DNA of 64,000 bases from Octopus vulgaris. Lineage: Eukaryota. Of this stretch, positions 26,239 to 37,780 are shown piece by piece. Every line of letters begins with the position of its first letter. Positions within the stretch are counted from its first letter, which is position 1. The DNA lies in NCBI GenBank assembly GCA_951406725.2, contig OX597823.1, positions 2,356,001 to 2,420,000 of the forward strand. Direction: 5' to 3'. Under the pieces are notes generated by a model. It did not search any database and had not been told where the DNA came from. It saw only the letters and a program-made list of their open reading frames with translations. A program made the translations under genes and the position numbers.

Positions 26239-28115
26239 TAACATTGGCACAAAAGGAGGGTGTAAAGTGAGTTGGATTGACCTCAGTACATGACTGGTAC
26301 TTATACCGTCAACCCCCACCCCAGAAGGATGAAAAGCAAATCAACTCTGGCAGGATTTGAACTCAAAATAATTATTGGAATGTATTTAGATATCACAAAG
26401 CATTTAGCCTGGCACACTGTTGTTTCTACCATTCCATTGCTCTTATAATGGTCAAGATTTCAGACATAGGCACAAATCCAGGCATTCTTTTAGGAAGGGA
26501 GGGGAAGAATACTGTCTAGAAAATTTACCCCAGTATTTGACTGGTATTATGGACTTCAGTGAGATTCAAACTCAGAACATAAAGAAATGGATGTGACTAA
26601 ATACTGCCCAGCGTTTCGTCTACCGATCCATGACCTAACAATAATTATTCCTAATTCAGGCGCACAACGCCAGCGATTTTGAAGACGGCTGGTTATTCTT
26701 AGTCAATTACTTCGATCTCAGTATGGCTTGTATTTCATTTTACAGACGTCAGAAGATTGAAAGGCAAAGCTGATATGGGTGAAATTTGAACACTGGATGG
26801 AAAAAAAACAAATAACTGTTCTCTGCTGATTGTTATTCCATTGCAATAATAATAATAATAATAATAATGGTTTCAAATTTTGGCACATGCCAGTAATTTC
26901 AGGCAAGGGTTTAAGTCAGTAACATCGACCCCAGTGCACGACTGGTACTTATTTTATCGACCCTGAAAGGATGAAAGGCAAAGTTGACCTCGGCAGAATT
27001 TGAACTCTGAATGAGAAAATTGATGAAAAGCCACTAAGCATTTTGCTCAGCATGCTAAAGATTCTGCCGGCTTTTGCTGCCTTGATTAATAACAACAATG
27101 ATAAGTTGTTGCATATGTATAAAGCCCCAGGCTTGAAACAAAAAGGAAAAATGTTAAGTGGTGGTTGTTTTGAGCCTTCCAAAAGACTCCAATTGGCAGA
27201 GTGAGTCACAAGCTGACTTTGACAACAACAACAACAACATGACCTTAGTGACCACAGAGTCCAGTCGATTGATTCCACCTCAGTCTATGACTAGTATTCA
27301 TTTCATTGAGCCTGATGGGGGCGGGGAGTGAATTTTAGCCCCAGCAGAATTTGAACTCGGAATATAGAGGGACGGAACTAAGTACTAAAAGAATTTTAAT
27401 CTACAACTCAACCATTCCAATCACTTCACCAATTTTCAAAGAAATACATTAACAAGGATTTTTTGCGCGGACACGAATCTGGTGGGGGGGGGGGAGCATT
27501 GAAATTAAACCCCAATATTTTACTAGTATTTTATCAACCCTGAAAAGATGAAAGGCAAAGTTGACCCCTTCCAGCAGAATATTCAGACCTGAGAGCATAA
27601 AGAGCCTTAAAGAGGGGCTGCAATGTACAGGGTCCATCATTCCATACCAACCATCCAAAAATCTTCAGTATCAATTATAATCTTTTCTATTCTAGGCACA
27701 AAGCCAGTAATTTCATGGGAGGTGGTGGTAGGGGGTGGAAGGGAATCAATCACATCGACCCCATTGTTTGATTGCTATTTATTTTATTGACCCCCAAAAG
27801 GATGAAAGATAAAGTCAACTTTGATGGCATTTGAACTCAGAACGTAAAGCTGACTGCAATGCCGCCAAGCATTATGTCCAGTGTGCTAACAATTCTACCA
27901 GCTCACTGCCCTAATAATAATAATAATAGTACAAGGCCAGCAATTTTAGCAAGGGGTCAACTTGATAACATCAACCCCCAGTGCACAACTGGTACTTATT
28001 TTTTTGACCCTGAAAGGATGAAACACAAAGTTGACCTCTACAGAATTTGAACTGACGAAATGCCACTAAGTATTTTGCTTGGCATGCTAACCATCCTGCC
28101 AGCTCACCGTTTTAT
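24350..28115 (-). mobile_element. Head-to-tail cluster of about 14-15 SINE family A copies separated by (AAT)n
   Basis: Recurrent actggtacttatttt...ggatgaaaggcaaagt(c/t)gacct...gaatttgaactcagaa blocks, all in the same orientation and with varying divergence. Confidence 0.85.
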
Positions 28116-28500
28116 CAATAATAATAATAATAATAATAATTTCTTACATATATAAAAAAAAACATCAAAATATAATACCTATTATACTCAGAGATTCTTG
28201 TTGATAACAGTAAAACTTTTGTTGTTGTTTGTAACCTTGAAAAGATAAAACTTCATTTGATTTCAGCATAAAAACTTCTCTGATAGAAAAATCGGGTTAT
28301 TAGTAATAATAATCACCATTATTAACATGATTGCTTTGAAATATTAAAAAAAATTCTATATTACTGATTTATTTTACAAATTTGTAGAAAGGATCAAACT
28401 GAATCAATACCAGAACTTGCCTGATATTTGTTTTAGTGTCCCCAGAGGGATGGTTGATAGCGTCTAGATTTGAATCCTAGATAGGCCAACACCAAAGACA

Positions 28501-29038
28501 AGGGTGAGTCGAAAAATAATGCCATTTTGTTTCAGACAGGTATAATTACCAACACTGCAACATGTATCATACATCAAAATGAAGCTGGTCCTCTGTGGAT
28601 CACATCCCTACTTCTCAACAACATTGTCACCGTTTCTCTCAATAGCAATGTTCCACCTTCGAATGAGAGCATGTATCCCTGCCCCGTAAAATTCTGTTGA
28701 CTGTTCTATGAACTACTTCTTCACTACAGTTTTCACTTCCTTGTCACTGGAATAATGTTTGCCTCTCAAACCCTCTTTCATAGGGCTGAAGAGATGATAG
28801 TTTGAAGGCGCTAAATTATTCCAGTGACGAGGAAGTGGCTCAAAGAACAGTCAACAGAATTTTACGGGGCAGGGATACATGCTCTCATTTGAAGGTGGAA
28901 CATAGCTATTGAGAGAAACAGTGACTATGTTGAGAAGTAGGGATGTGATCCACAGAGGACTAGGTGTATGATACATGTTTCTGTGTTGGTAATTATACCT
29001 GTCCTAAACAAAATGGCATTACTTTTTGACTCACCCTC
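28501..29038. mobile_element. Mariner-derived fold-back element made of two transposase 3' ends
   Basis: Arms of about 220-250 bp are reverse complements (agggtgagtc...gactcaccct). The left arm on the minus strand encodes LAPSNYHLFSPMKEGLRGKHYSSDKEVK...RRWNIAIERNGD, the mariner C-terminus. Confidence 0.9.
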
Positions 29039-29709
29039 CTACTGTTTTAAAGACCTTACTGCTATTGATAAAATAATCCTGTTGTAATTATCGGAGGAAG
29101 AATACATCATATCTTTAGTTCTTAGACTCTATCAATACCACTTTCTTCATATGTACACATATGGATTAAGATGGTGTATTTGTGTATCATAATTGGCAAC
29201 ACAGTAGCATTGGTTACAGTTTTCCAGTGGCCCAGTCACGGGTTCACTGCAGTTCTGAGAGTGACTCTGAAAGGGCAGTGTCTGTAAATGCATATAAATA
29301 CAAACATGTACATTATAGACATCCAGCACCAAAAGAAGTGAAATGTCACAGAAGGTGTAATCTTCATTCAAATTTCTTTGAGATTCGTTTTTCCCATCTA
29401 TATATTTCATAGACATTGATCATTGCCCCAAACTACTTTCTGTTGAGCACTCTCTGTTAATAAATCTATTGATTAGATGAATTAAGATGTGCCTTGTGAG
29501 ATTCATGAACTTAATAGCCAAACACAATAGGGGCTGCACAAATTTTGTCTCTTTTATTTCCCATATTGGTCTCCCAGAGAACTGACCAACTCGGAACTAA
29601 AGACACTTGCCCCGTGCCATGCAGCAGGATTGAAACTGGAACCACAACATTGCACACTGAACTTTTTAACCACATAACATATACACACGTATGTTTATAT
29701 ATATTTAAT

Positions 29710-30060
29710 AATAATTATTTTCAAATTTTGGCACACGGGCAGAATTTTGAGGTGGTGTGGAGTCAATTCCATCAACCCAAGTACATGACAAGTACTTACT
29801 TCATTGACCTCAGCAACAATTTGTCCAACATGCTAATAAGTCTGCCAACTCAACACCTTCATAACTATAACAAGAATCTTTTCTACTATAGGCACAAGAC
29901 CTGAAATTGGGGTGGGGGGGCAATTACATCAACCCTGGTCCTGAAATGGTAGATATTTCGTCAACCCTGGAAGGATGAAAGGCAAAGTTGAGCTGAGAAG
30001 AAATGCTGCTAAGCCTTTTGTGTGGAGTAATAAAGATTCTGCCAGCTTGCTACCTTAATT
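29710..30060 (-). mobile_element. Decayed SINE family A copies
   Basis: Same motifs as the 24-28 kb cluster. Confidence 0.7.
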
Positions 30061-30109
30061 TAATAATAATAATAATAATAATACATGTATATTCAACACC
30101 AAGATAAGT

Positions 30110-30440
30110 AAAGATTGTTTGCCAACATAACATGGCAGTCCTGGTTTAGGACGAATGTTACTGTATTTTAGCCCCAGGAGACATCGTCTCCAGCTGACTA
30201 TACAACACGATCGTGTCTTTATATTTTCAAACAAGGGAATCTCGCACCCCCACTCAGCTCAAAACAATATCTGTGTATTGTGTCACATAGCCAGCTGGAG
30301 ACGATGTCTCCTGGGGCTAAATTACAGCAACATTCGTCCTAAACCAGGACTGCCCCATGTTATGTTGGCAAACAATCTTTACTCCAAAGTACTGTTGCTG
30401 AATATCTCTCGTTGTGAGATTTAAAAATAGTAATTTTCTA
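30110..30440 (+). mobile_element. Non-autonomous Penelope-like element (family H2), inverted arm plus body, with 12-bp TSD
   Basis: 30110-30200 is the reverse complement of 30287-30383. ACCAAGATAAGT is duplicated at 30098-30109 and 30441-30452. Homologous to 11090-11410. Confidence 0.75.
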
Positions 30441-30816
30441 ACCAAGATAAGTGTACAAAAAAGAATAGACCCCCCCCCCCGGTAAATAAGTGGCTTTCGT
30501 GACACTACATATTTTAGTAGCTGAGAGCTACTATTCTCACTCGCTCACTTTCTCTCACCCCCAGGCCAAAGAGCCTGGCAGACAACTGTATAAAACCAAC
30601 AATAAAAACAACAACAATAATCCTTCCTAGTACAGGCACAAAACCTGAAATTTTGAGGGGAGGGGTCTTGTCGATTACATCGACCCCAGTGCATAACTGG
30701 TACAAGGGTCAATAAAATTTATTGACCCTGAAAGGATGAAAGGCCAAGATGACCTCAACAGAACCCAGACAAAATGCTGCTGAGTGTTTTTGTCAGTTCA
30801 CCCCCTGGCATAATAA

Positions 30817-33800
30817 TCATCATCATCATCGTTTAACGTCCGCTTTCCATGCTAGCATGGGTTGGACGGTTCAACTGGGGTCTGGGGAGCCCGAAGGCTG
30901 CACCAGGCCAGTCAGATCTGGCAGTGTTTCTACAGCTGGATGCCCTTCCTAACGCCAACCACTCCAAGAGTGTAGTGGGTGATTTTATGTGCCACCGACA
31001 CGGGTGCCAGACGAGGCTGGCGGACGGCCACGCTCAGATGGTGTTTTTTATGTGCCACCGACACAGGTGCCAGACGAGGCTGGCGAACGGCCACGATCGG
31101 ATGGTGTTTGTAACGTGCCCACAGCACGGAGGCCAGTCGATGCAGTACTGGCTACGGCCACGTTCGGATGGTTTACTTATGTGCCACCGGCACTGGTACC
31201 ACAAAGATACAAATTCCATTGATGTTCATCTATTTTGATTTGGTTTGATTTTCACTTGCCTCAACAGGTCTTCACAAGTGTCCCAAGAAGGAAGGTATGC
31301 ACAGGTGGACTGACTACGTCCCAGGTAGGGGCCACGGGTTATGGCCTCACTAGTCTTGCCGGGTCTTCTCACGCACAGCATATTTCCATAGGTCTCGATC
31401 TCAAGTCATTTCCTTGGTGAGACCTAAAGTTCGAAGGTCGTGCTTCACCACCTCGTCCCAGGTTTTCCTGGGTCTACCTCTTCCACAGGTTCCCTCAACT
31501 GCTAGGGTGTAGCACTTTTGCACACAACTATCTTCAGCCAATCTCGTCACATGACCATACCAGCGCAGCCGTCTCTCTTGCACACCACAACTGATGCTTC
31601 TTAGGTTCAACTTTTCTCTCAAGGTACTTACACTCTGTCGATTATGAACACTGACATTACACATCCATCAGAGCATACTGGCTTCATTTCTTGCGAGCTT
31701 ACGCATATCCTTAGCAGTCACGGCCCATGTTTCACTACCATGTAGCATGGCTGTACATACACATGCATCATACAGTTTGCCTTTTACTCTGAGCGAGAGG
31801 CCTTTTGTCACCAGCAGGGGTAAGAGCTCTCTAAACTTTGCCCAGGCTATTCTTACTCTAGCAGTTACACTTTCAGCACACCCACCCCCGCTACTGACTT
31901 GGTCACCTAGGTAGCGGAAGCTATCAACTACTTCTAGTTTTTCTCCCTGGAATGTGGTAGAAGTTGGTCTCTGCACATTTCCAGTGTTTATTGCTCCTGA
32001 GCATCTGCCACAGACAAAAACTATTTTCCTAGTTAGCCTTCCTTTGACATTGCTGCACCTCTTATGTGTCCATAGCTTACACTTGGTGCACCTTATAGAG
32101 TTTCTACCTACACCTTTTTTACAGATCGAGCAGGGCCATCTACCTGAAGTCGTTTGTGATTGGTCCACCTTCCTACTTATTAGGACTTTGGTTTTGGCTA
32201 GGTTGATTCTAAGGCCCTTCGAATCGAATCCTTGTTTCCACACCTGAAACTTCTCCTCCAGTTCTGATAGTGACTCAGCAATTAGAGCAAGGTCATCAGC
32301 ATAGAGGAGCTCCCAGGGGCATCCTGTCTTGAATTCCTCCGTTATTGCCTGGAGGACTATGATAAATAGGAGGGGACTGAGGACTGAACCTTAGTGGACC
32401 CCAACCTCTACCCGGAATTCTTCACTGTACTCATTGCCAACCCTCACCTTACTAGCAGCGTCTCTGTACATGGCTCGCACAGCTCTCACTAACCATTCAT
32501 CTATCCCCAATTTCCTCCTTGACCACCAGATAAGGGATCGGGGGACCCTGTCAAAGGCTTTCTCCATGTCAACAAAAGCCAGGTACAGGGGCTTATCTTT
32601 GGCTAGGTATTTCTCCTGCAGCTGTCTTACCAGGAATATAACATCAGTAGTACTTTTCCCTGGCACAAACCCAAACTGCATCTCACCTAAGCTAACTCTC
32701 TCTCTAATTAATTGGGCTATAACCCTCTCCGTAACCTTCATTACCTGATCCAGCAGCTTGATACCCCTGTAGTTATTTGTATCTAGGGCGTCACCTTTAC
32801 ATTTGTAGCAGTTGACTATTATGCTGCTACACCAGTCATTGGGTATGACTCCTTCGTGTATCACCTGGTTAACTATACGGGTGACTAGGCTATAGCCGAC
32901 ACTACCAGATATTTTGAGCATCTCTGCAGTGATTCCTGATGGGCCTGGGGCTTTACCTGTCTTCATGCTTCTAATTGCCTTAACTACCAAGGAACAGTCA
33001 ACTCGGATAGCTGGTCCCTCTGTTGGGTCGACATTCGGCAGACTCTCTTTATCCCATTCATTTTCCTCATTCAGCAACCTTTCATAGTGGCGTCTCCAAG
33101 CCCCTCTCTTTGCATCCTCATTTAGCGCAAGTGAACCGTCATCCTTGCAAACAAATTTCTCTCCTACCACATCATGATTCTCTCTCTCACACTGTCTTGC
33201 AACACGAAATACCTCAAGTCTTTCATCTTCACGGCGCAGAACATTGGCAAATTTTTTCTTATCTGCTTCCCCTCTGGCTAAATACACCTGCCTCCTAGCT
33301 TCCCTTCTGGCAGTCTGATACACTTCCCTGCTACCACCATTCTTCCAGTCCTTCCAAGCCTGTTTCTTTTGTCTAATAGCCCTGTCAACAATATTGTTCC
33401 ACCACCACGTTATTTTGGGTCTTAAGGGGACTTTGCACCAGCCACAGATCTGATCAGTGGCTTTCAGCAGGTTGTCCCTCAGAAGCGTCCAGTTGTCTTC
33501 TACCCCATGTGTAGCTATACCCCCTTCCATTTCGTCAAAGGCTTCAAGTAACATGTCTCTAAATCTCTGTCTATTCGCAGGGTCTTTAAGCTTCCAGACC
33601 CTTCTTCTCCATGTTGGTCGTCTTCTAGTCGCCCTCTTAGTCCTGATCCTAAAGTCACTAACTACCAGTCTATGTTGTGGGGTGCATTCTTCGCCTGGGA
33701 AGGTTTTGGCATTTATAAGCAGCCATCTTTCCCTTTTTCTGGCAAGGATGTAGTCGATTTGGCTAGTATGCCGGCCCGATCGGTAGGTGACCAGGTGGCT

Positions 33801-34170
33801 TGTTGGTTTCCTGAAGTTAGTGTTGCAAACCATAAGACTATTCACATCGCAGAACTCCAGCAGCCTGGTTCCCTCCTCGTTGCGGGAACCATAACCATAG
33901 CCTCCATGTACACCATGGAAGCCCCCAGCATGTCGTCCAACATGCCCATTGAAATCACCAGCCACAAAGAGAAGGTCCCTGTCGTTCGTCAATGAGGTGG
34001 TCTGCAGTAGGGTGTCATAGAAACTGTCTTTCTGTCCATCGGGTAGCCCTGGCTGAGGGGCATAGGCCGATATAATGGTTGCTAATCCATGATGAAGCAC
34101 TGTTCTAATCTTAAGTATTCTGTCACTTACTCTGATTACCTCGATTACTTTATCTGCCCATTTCTCAACG
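30817..34170 (-). mobile_element. RTE-clade LINE, 5'-truncated within the APE domain, near-intact ORF plus 3' UTR
   Basis: APE motifs SAYAPQ, GDFNGHVG and SQIDYIL; RT motifs NYRGIKLL, QFGF, DMEKAFDRV, H*GSVLSPLLF and YADD; C-terminal RRLRWYGHV and GRGRPRKTW. ORFs 32391-34181, 31668-32243 and 31401-31664 are in one frame separated by two stops. (GAT)n tail at about 30817. Confidence 0.96.
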
Positions 34171-36929
34171 TCCATATGCATGTGGCTGCGTATGTGTTTC
34201 TCTTAATACTGAAAAAGTGATACACACTTTGATGTGTCTATATGGCTGTGTGCACCCACCAATGTATGGATGTACATATATACATCTGCACACAACATCT
34301 GTATGTGTGAACACACAAATATACCAGCGTATGCACACACCAATAAATACACGTGGGTGTGCAAGTGCAAACCCCCGCCATCAGCTCTATTAAACAATCA
34401 TGTGACCCCCCCCCCCCCAATGGAACTCGGTGTAGATGATTTCAAATATTTATCAAGACAACCTAACTTTCCAATCCCCCAACATCTTTCCTTTTGCGCC
34501 CACCACCCCCTCAATCTTGTTAGTGTTAGGAAAGCATAGAAATACTAACTGGGACTAGTCTGACTCAGTTCCAGGAATGGGAAGCATTACTGCAACAACC
34601 CAGGGTGAGAAATCCCAGGGTGTCAACAACTCAACCTTTGTGCCTGGAGTACAAAAGCAAGAATTTGAAACAAGTTTCTCATCACTTGGACGAGAGAAAG
34701 GAAAACAGAAAAAAGTTGATCAAAGTTTCTTTTTTTTTTTTAAACAATGATTGGGGTACACATTGATTGTTTTTTTGTTTTTTAGACCAAGGGTCATAAA
34801 TGTCCAGTTTCAAAATATGACCAAGATATATGAAGCAGAAATAATATGATTTAAACCCCAAACATGGGTTGGACCTAACCATAAATAGCACCAGACCTTC
34901 TAGAGCCTAAACATTAATAAAATCTATTAAAACAAAAATAAATTTGCAGGACATGAGAGAAGAATATGGAACAAATCTCCAAGACAGGAAGATTATAACA
35001 GAAAACAGGATACCAGTGATTCCCAAGGGTGTAACCTAATGCCATGTTGTTGGTCTGAGGTAATTCCACATTACAACATGACGGGAGTCTATTCCTGGAT
35101 TTCAACAACGGCACAATGCTGGTCTGTGAGTGTTTCACGAGAAACAGAACCAAGCTGGGAGTTATTTGCTGCCAGATATGAAACAACCAGCACCAGAATG
35201 GTACAAGCGATGGCTGGCATTTGGGGATTGTTTCTTTGTAATATAACAAGAATTTAACAAATTCTAGGGATGCCATAATATACTAAAAACATATACAAGA
35301 TATATTAAACAACGTGATTCTACACAGTCTCCAGATGTGTTAATAATACAGCACCAGAAACCGGGTGAGGCTACACACAAGGACATTCCTGTAACATGAC
35401 ACTCTGGTAAAAGGGTGAGGGGGGTCCCCCACCACCTCATGTAAAGACACAACACATTCTCACAAAATGTTCCTAGAAGTGACCTAACATATTGCAGTGT
35501 CACCGTGACAGAACCAGGATGTGAAAACAACAAAAGAAAACACACCTGGGCAGGTACAAACGGTGAAGCTCTGTTCATAATAATAATAAAATGATTAATG
35601 GCAGTCATTTATTATGTAAAAAAAAAAAATTTAAACGTGTCCCAGTTAAGTCTCATTCACACTATTTAGATATGAACCTTTAATTTTGAAACAGACAGTA
35701 AATGTGACGCTGTGGAGGTCATCTGACCAACACTGCTGGAATTCTGGCAGTGTTGATACTATTCAGACATCTGTATGGAAAAACAAAGTGATGAGCCAAC
35801 AGACTAGAAACATCCGTTAAGCAATAAATGTAGAATCATCAGGTGGATTCAGTGAGGGCAGGGGTTGGCCAGGCACAGAAACAAAAGGAAAATTCTGAAA
35901 CTATTAAAATAATAGCTTTGGCACAAGGCCAGCAATTTGAGGAGAGGGGTTAGGTCGATTACATCGACCCTAGTGCTCAACTGGTACTTAGTTTATCAAC
36001 CTCGAAAGGCAAAGTTGACCTTGGCAGAATTTGAACTCAGAACGTAAAGACGGACGAAATGCCACGAAGCATTTTGCCTGGTGTGCTAACGGTTCTGCCA
36101 ACTCACTGCCTTTAATAATTTTATTATTTACCAATTACGTAATTCTTAATTGCTCTTGAACACCACTATGTATGTGTTTGTGTATATATGTGTGTGTCTG
36201 AGTGTGTACATACAAACACACACAAATATAGGACAGGCAGGAGACAATGGATGGAGGTGTGTGTGTGTGTGTGAGTGAATGAGGGAGGGGATTGGGATTA
36301 AACTTTGGATTTAAAAAAAAACAATTCCAACTTTTTTTTTTTTTTTAATTTAACACCCCAGAAAAATATTTTAAAATGTTAGAAATACGTAATCCTTTCA
36401 AGAGATTCCAAAATTTAAGTAAAAAAAAGAAAAAGAAAAAAGCTAGCGATAAGCTGTAGGAAAAAATAGAAAATGAAATATCAAGTGGGGGGGGGGGAGG
36501 TGAATACTGTTAAACATATATCAGAATCTATGGTTCCAGGAGTGGGGGGGGGGGGGCACAGAATCTGAAACGAAAGGAGAGAGAATTTCTGTATCTCACT
36601 CACTCATTGTTTCTAGTTCTTTCTCCACTCATCACAAGCCACACTCTCACTCTACGAGTTATCCAATGTATATTTTATGTGAATGAGGGAGAGAGAGAGA
36701 GCAAGAGACAACTTAGAAGATGTTTTAAGACGGAGAAGATAAAAAAAAAAAAAGAAACCAGTTGTTTTATCTTCTCTGCTTCAACACATCCTCCTGTGAC
36801 TTGTCAGCATCACTCAGCAATAGGATTCGTTATCCTTTGTCAAGCAACATCTTTATAAACCATTAAATAGTCTTTTGCAAAACAGATGAATAGATGAATG
36901 AAAGCGAGAGTGTGTGTGTGTGTGCAAGC

Positions 36930-36975
<46 letters not shown>

Positions 36976-37085
36976 ATATATATATCTAGGGCTTTGGGTG
37001 TATGTGTGTGGCGGTTTATGATGCATGCTTGAATGTATAACATTTATATATAATGTTTATCTATGTATATATGTGTCTGTGTGTA

Positions 37086-37120
<35 letters not shown>

Positions 37121-37181
37121 TTCTTTTGTCTATTAAACTGTTGTATACACACCACAACAAATGTGCAACTGTCCTAATTGC

Positions 37182-37715
37182 TCAACAACCATCCTTACAA
37201 CTGACCACGGCCCCTATTATTATCCATAGAACAATGCCAACAACAAAACTAATATAGACAAACCACACAGCGAGTTTGCCGTCCCGTTGCATGAGACCAT
37301 ACAGTCCTTTCGACTGGTGTTTCAGTGTCTTCTGTACATAGTGATACGCTACAATTGCTGTGGGGAAAAAGAATACAAAGCTGACACAGGATGCAATCAA
37401 GACCCATTGCAGGTGTTTCCAGGGTCGTGGCAACATCTCGGCAGAAGGTACACGTCGCACCATGTGGGGTACTGAAACTGTTGTCTCTCTGTAAGGATTG
37501 TCTGTTGTGTTCATAAAAACTGGTTCTATGGAGAATGCCCTCATGTCCTCGGGGCCGCTACCAGATGGTGTGTGTTGGTCGATGAGCGACGTCACATCAA
37601 CGGACATGGCACCGTTGTGTGCATTTAGGTCGGCAGCAAAATCACTGTCCTCATGACTCTCCTTGTGCAGGGGCTGCCTCTCACTGGAATGGTTGCCATT
37701 GTCACCAGACGACAT
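37182..37715 (-). CDS. CD225/dispanin-family (IFITM/PRRT/TMEM233-like) membrane protein, 177 aa
   Basis: Hydrophilic N-terminus, then P-x-x-x-L/W, hydrophobic segment 1 ending FFFPTAIVAYHY, a basic loop with G (KGLYGLMQRDGKLA) and a C-terminal TM helix (WFVYISFVVGIVLWIIIG). Non-repetitive, coding-like composition. Confidence 0.85.
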   Translation of the reverse strand: MSSGDNGNHSSERQPLHKESHEDSDFAADLNAHNGAMSVDVTSLIDQHTPSGSGPEDMRAFSIEPVFMNTTDNPYRETTVSVPHMVRRVPSAEMLPRPWKHLQWVLIASCVSFVFFFPTAIVAYHYVQKTLKHQSKGLYGLMQRDGKLAVWFVYISFVVGIVLWIIIGAVVSCKDGC

Positions 37716-37760
37716 GTTTCTAGCAAGAGGGGTGTCTCACAGATGAAATACTCGAGGCCA

Positions 37761-37780
37761 CTGGAAGAGAAAATGAAAAC
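37761..37780 (-). other. Splice acceptor (polypyrimidine tract plus AG) for the dispanin coding exon
   Basis: Minus strand gttttcattttctcttccAG|tggcctc, 45 nt upstream of the ATG, implying a non-coding upstream exon. Confidence 0.7.
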
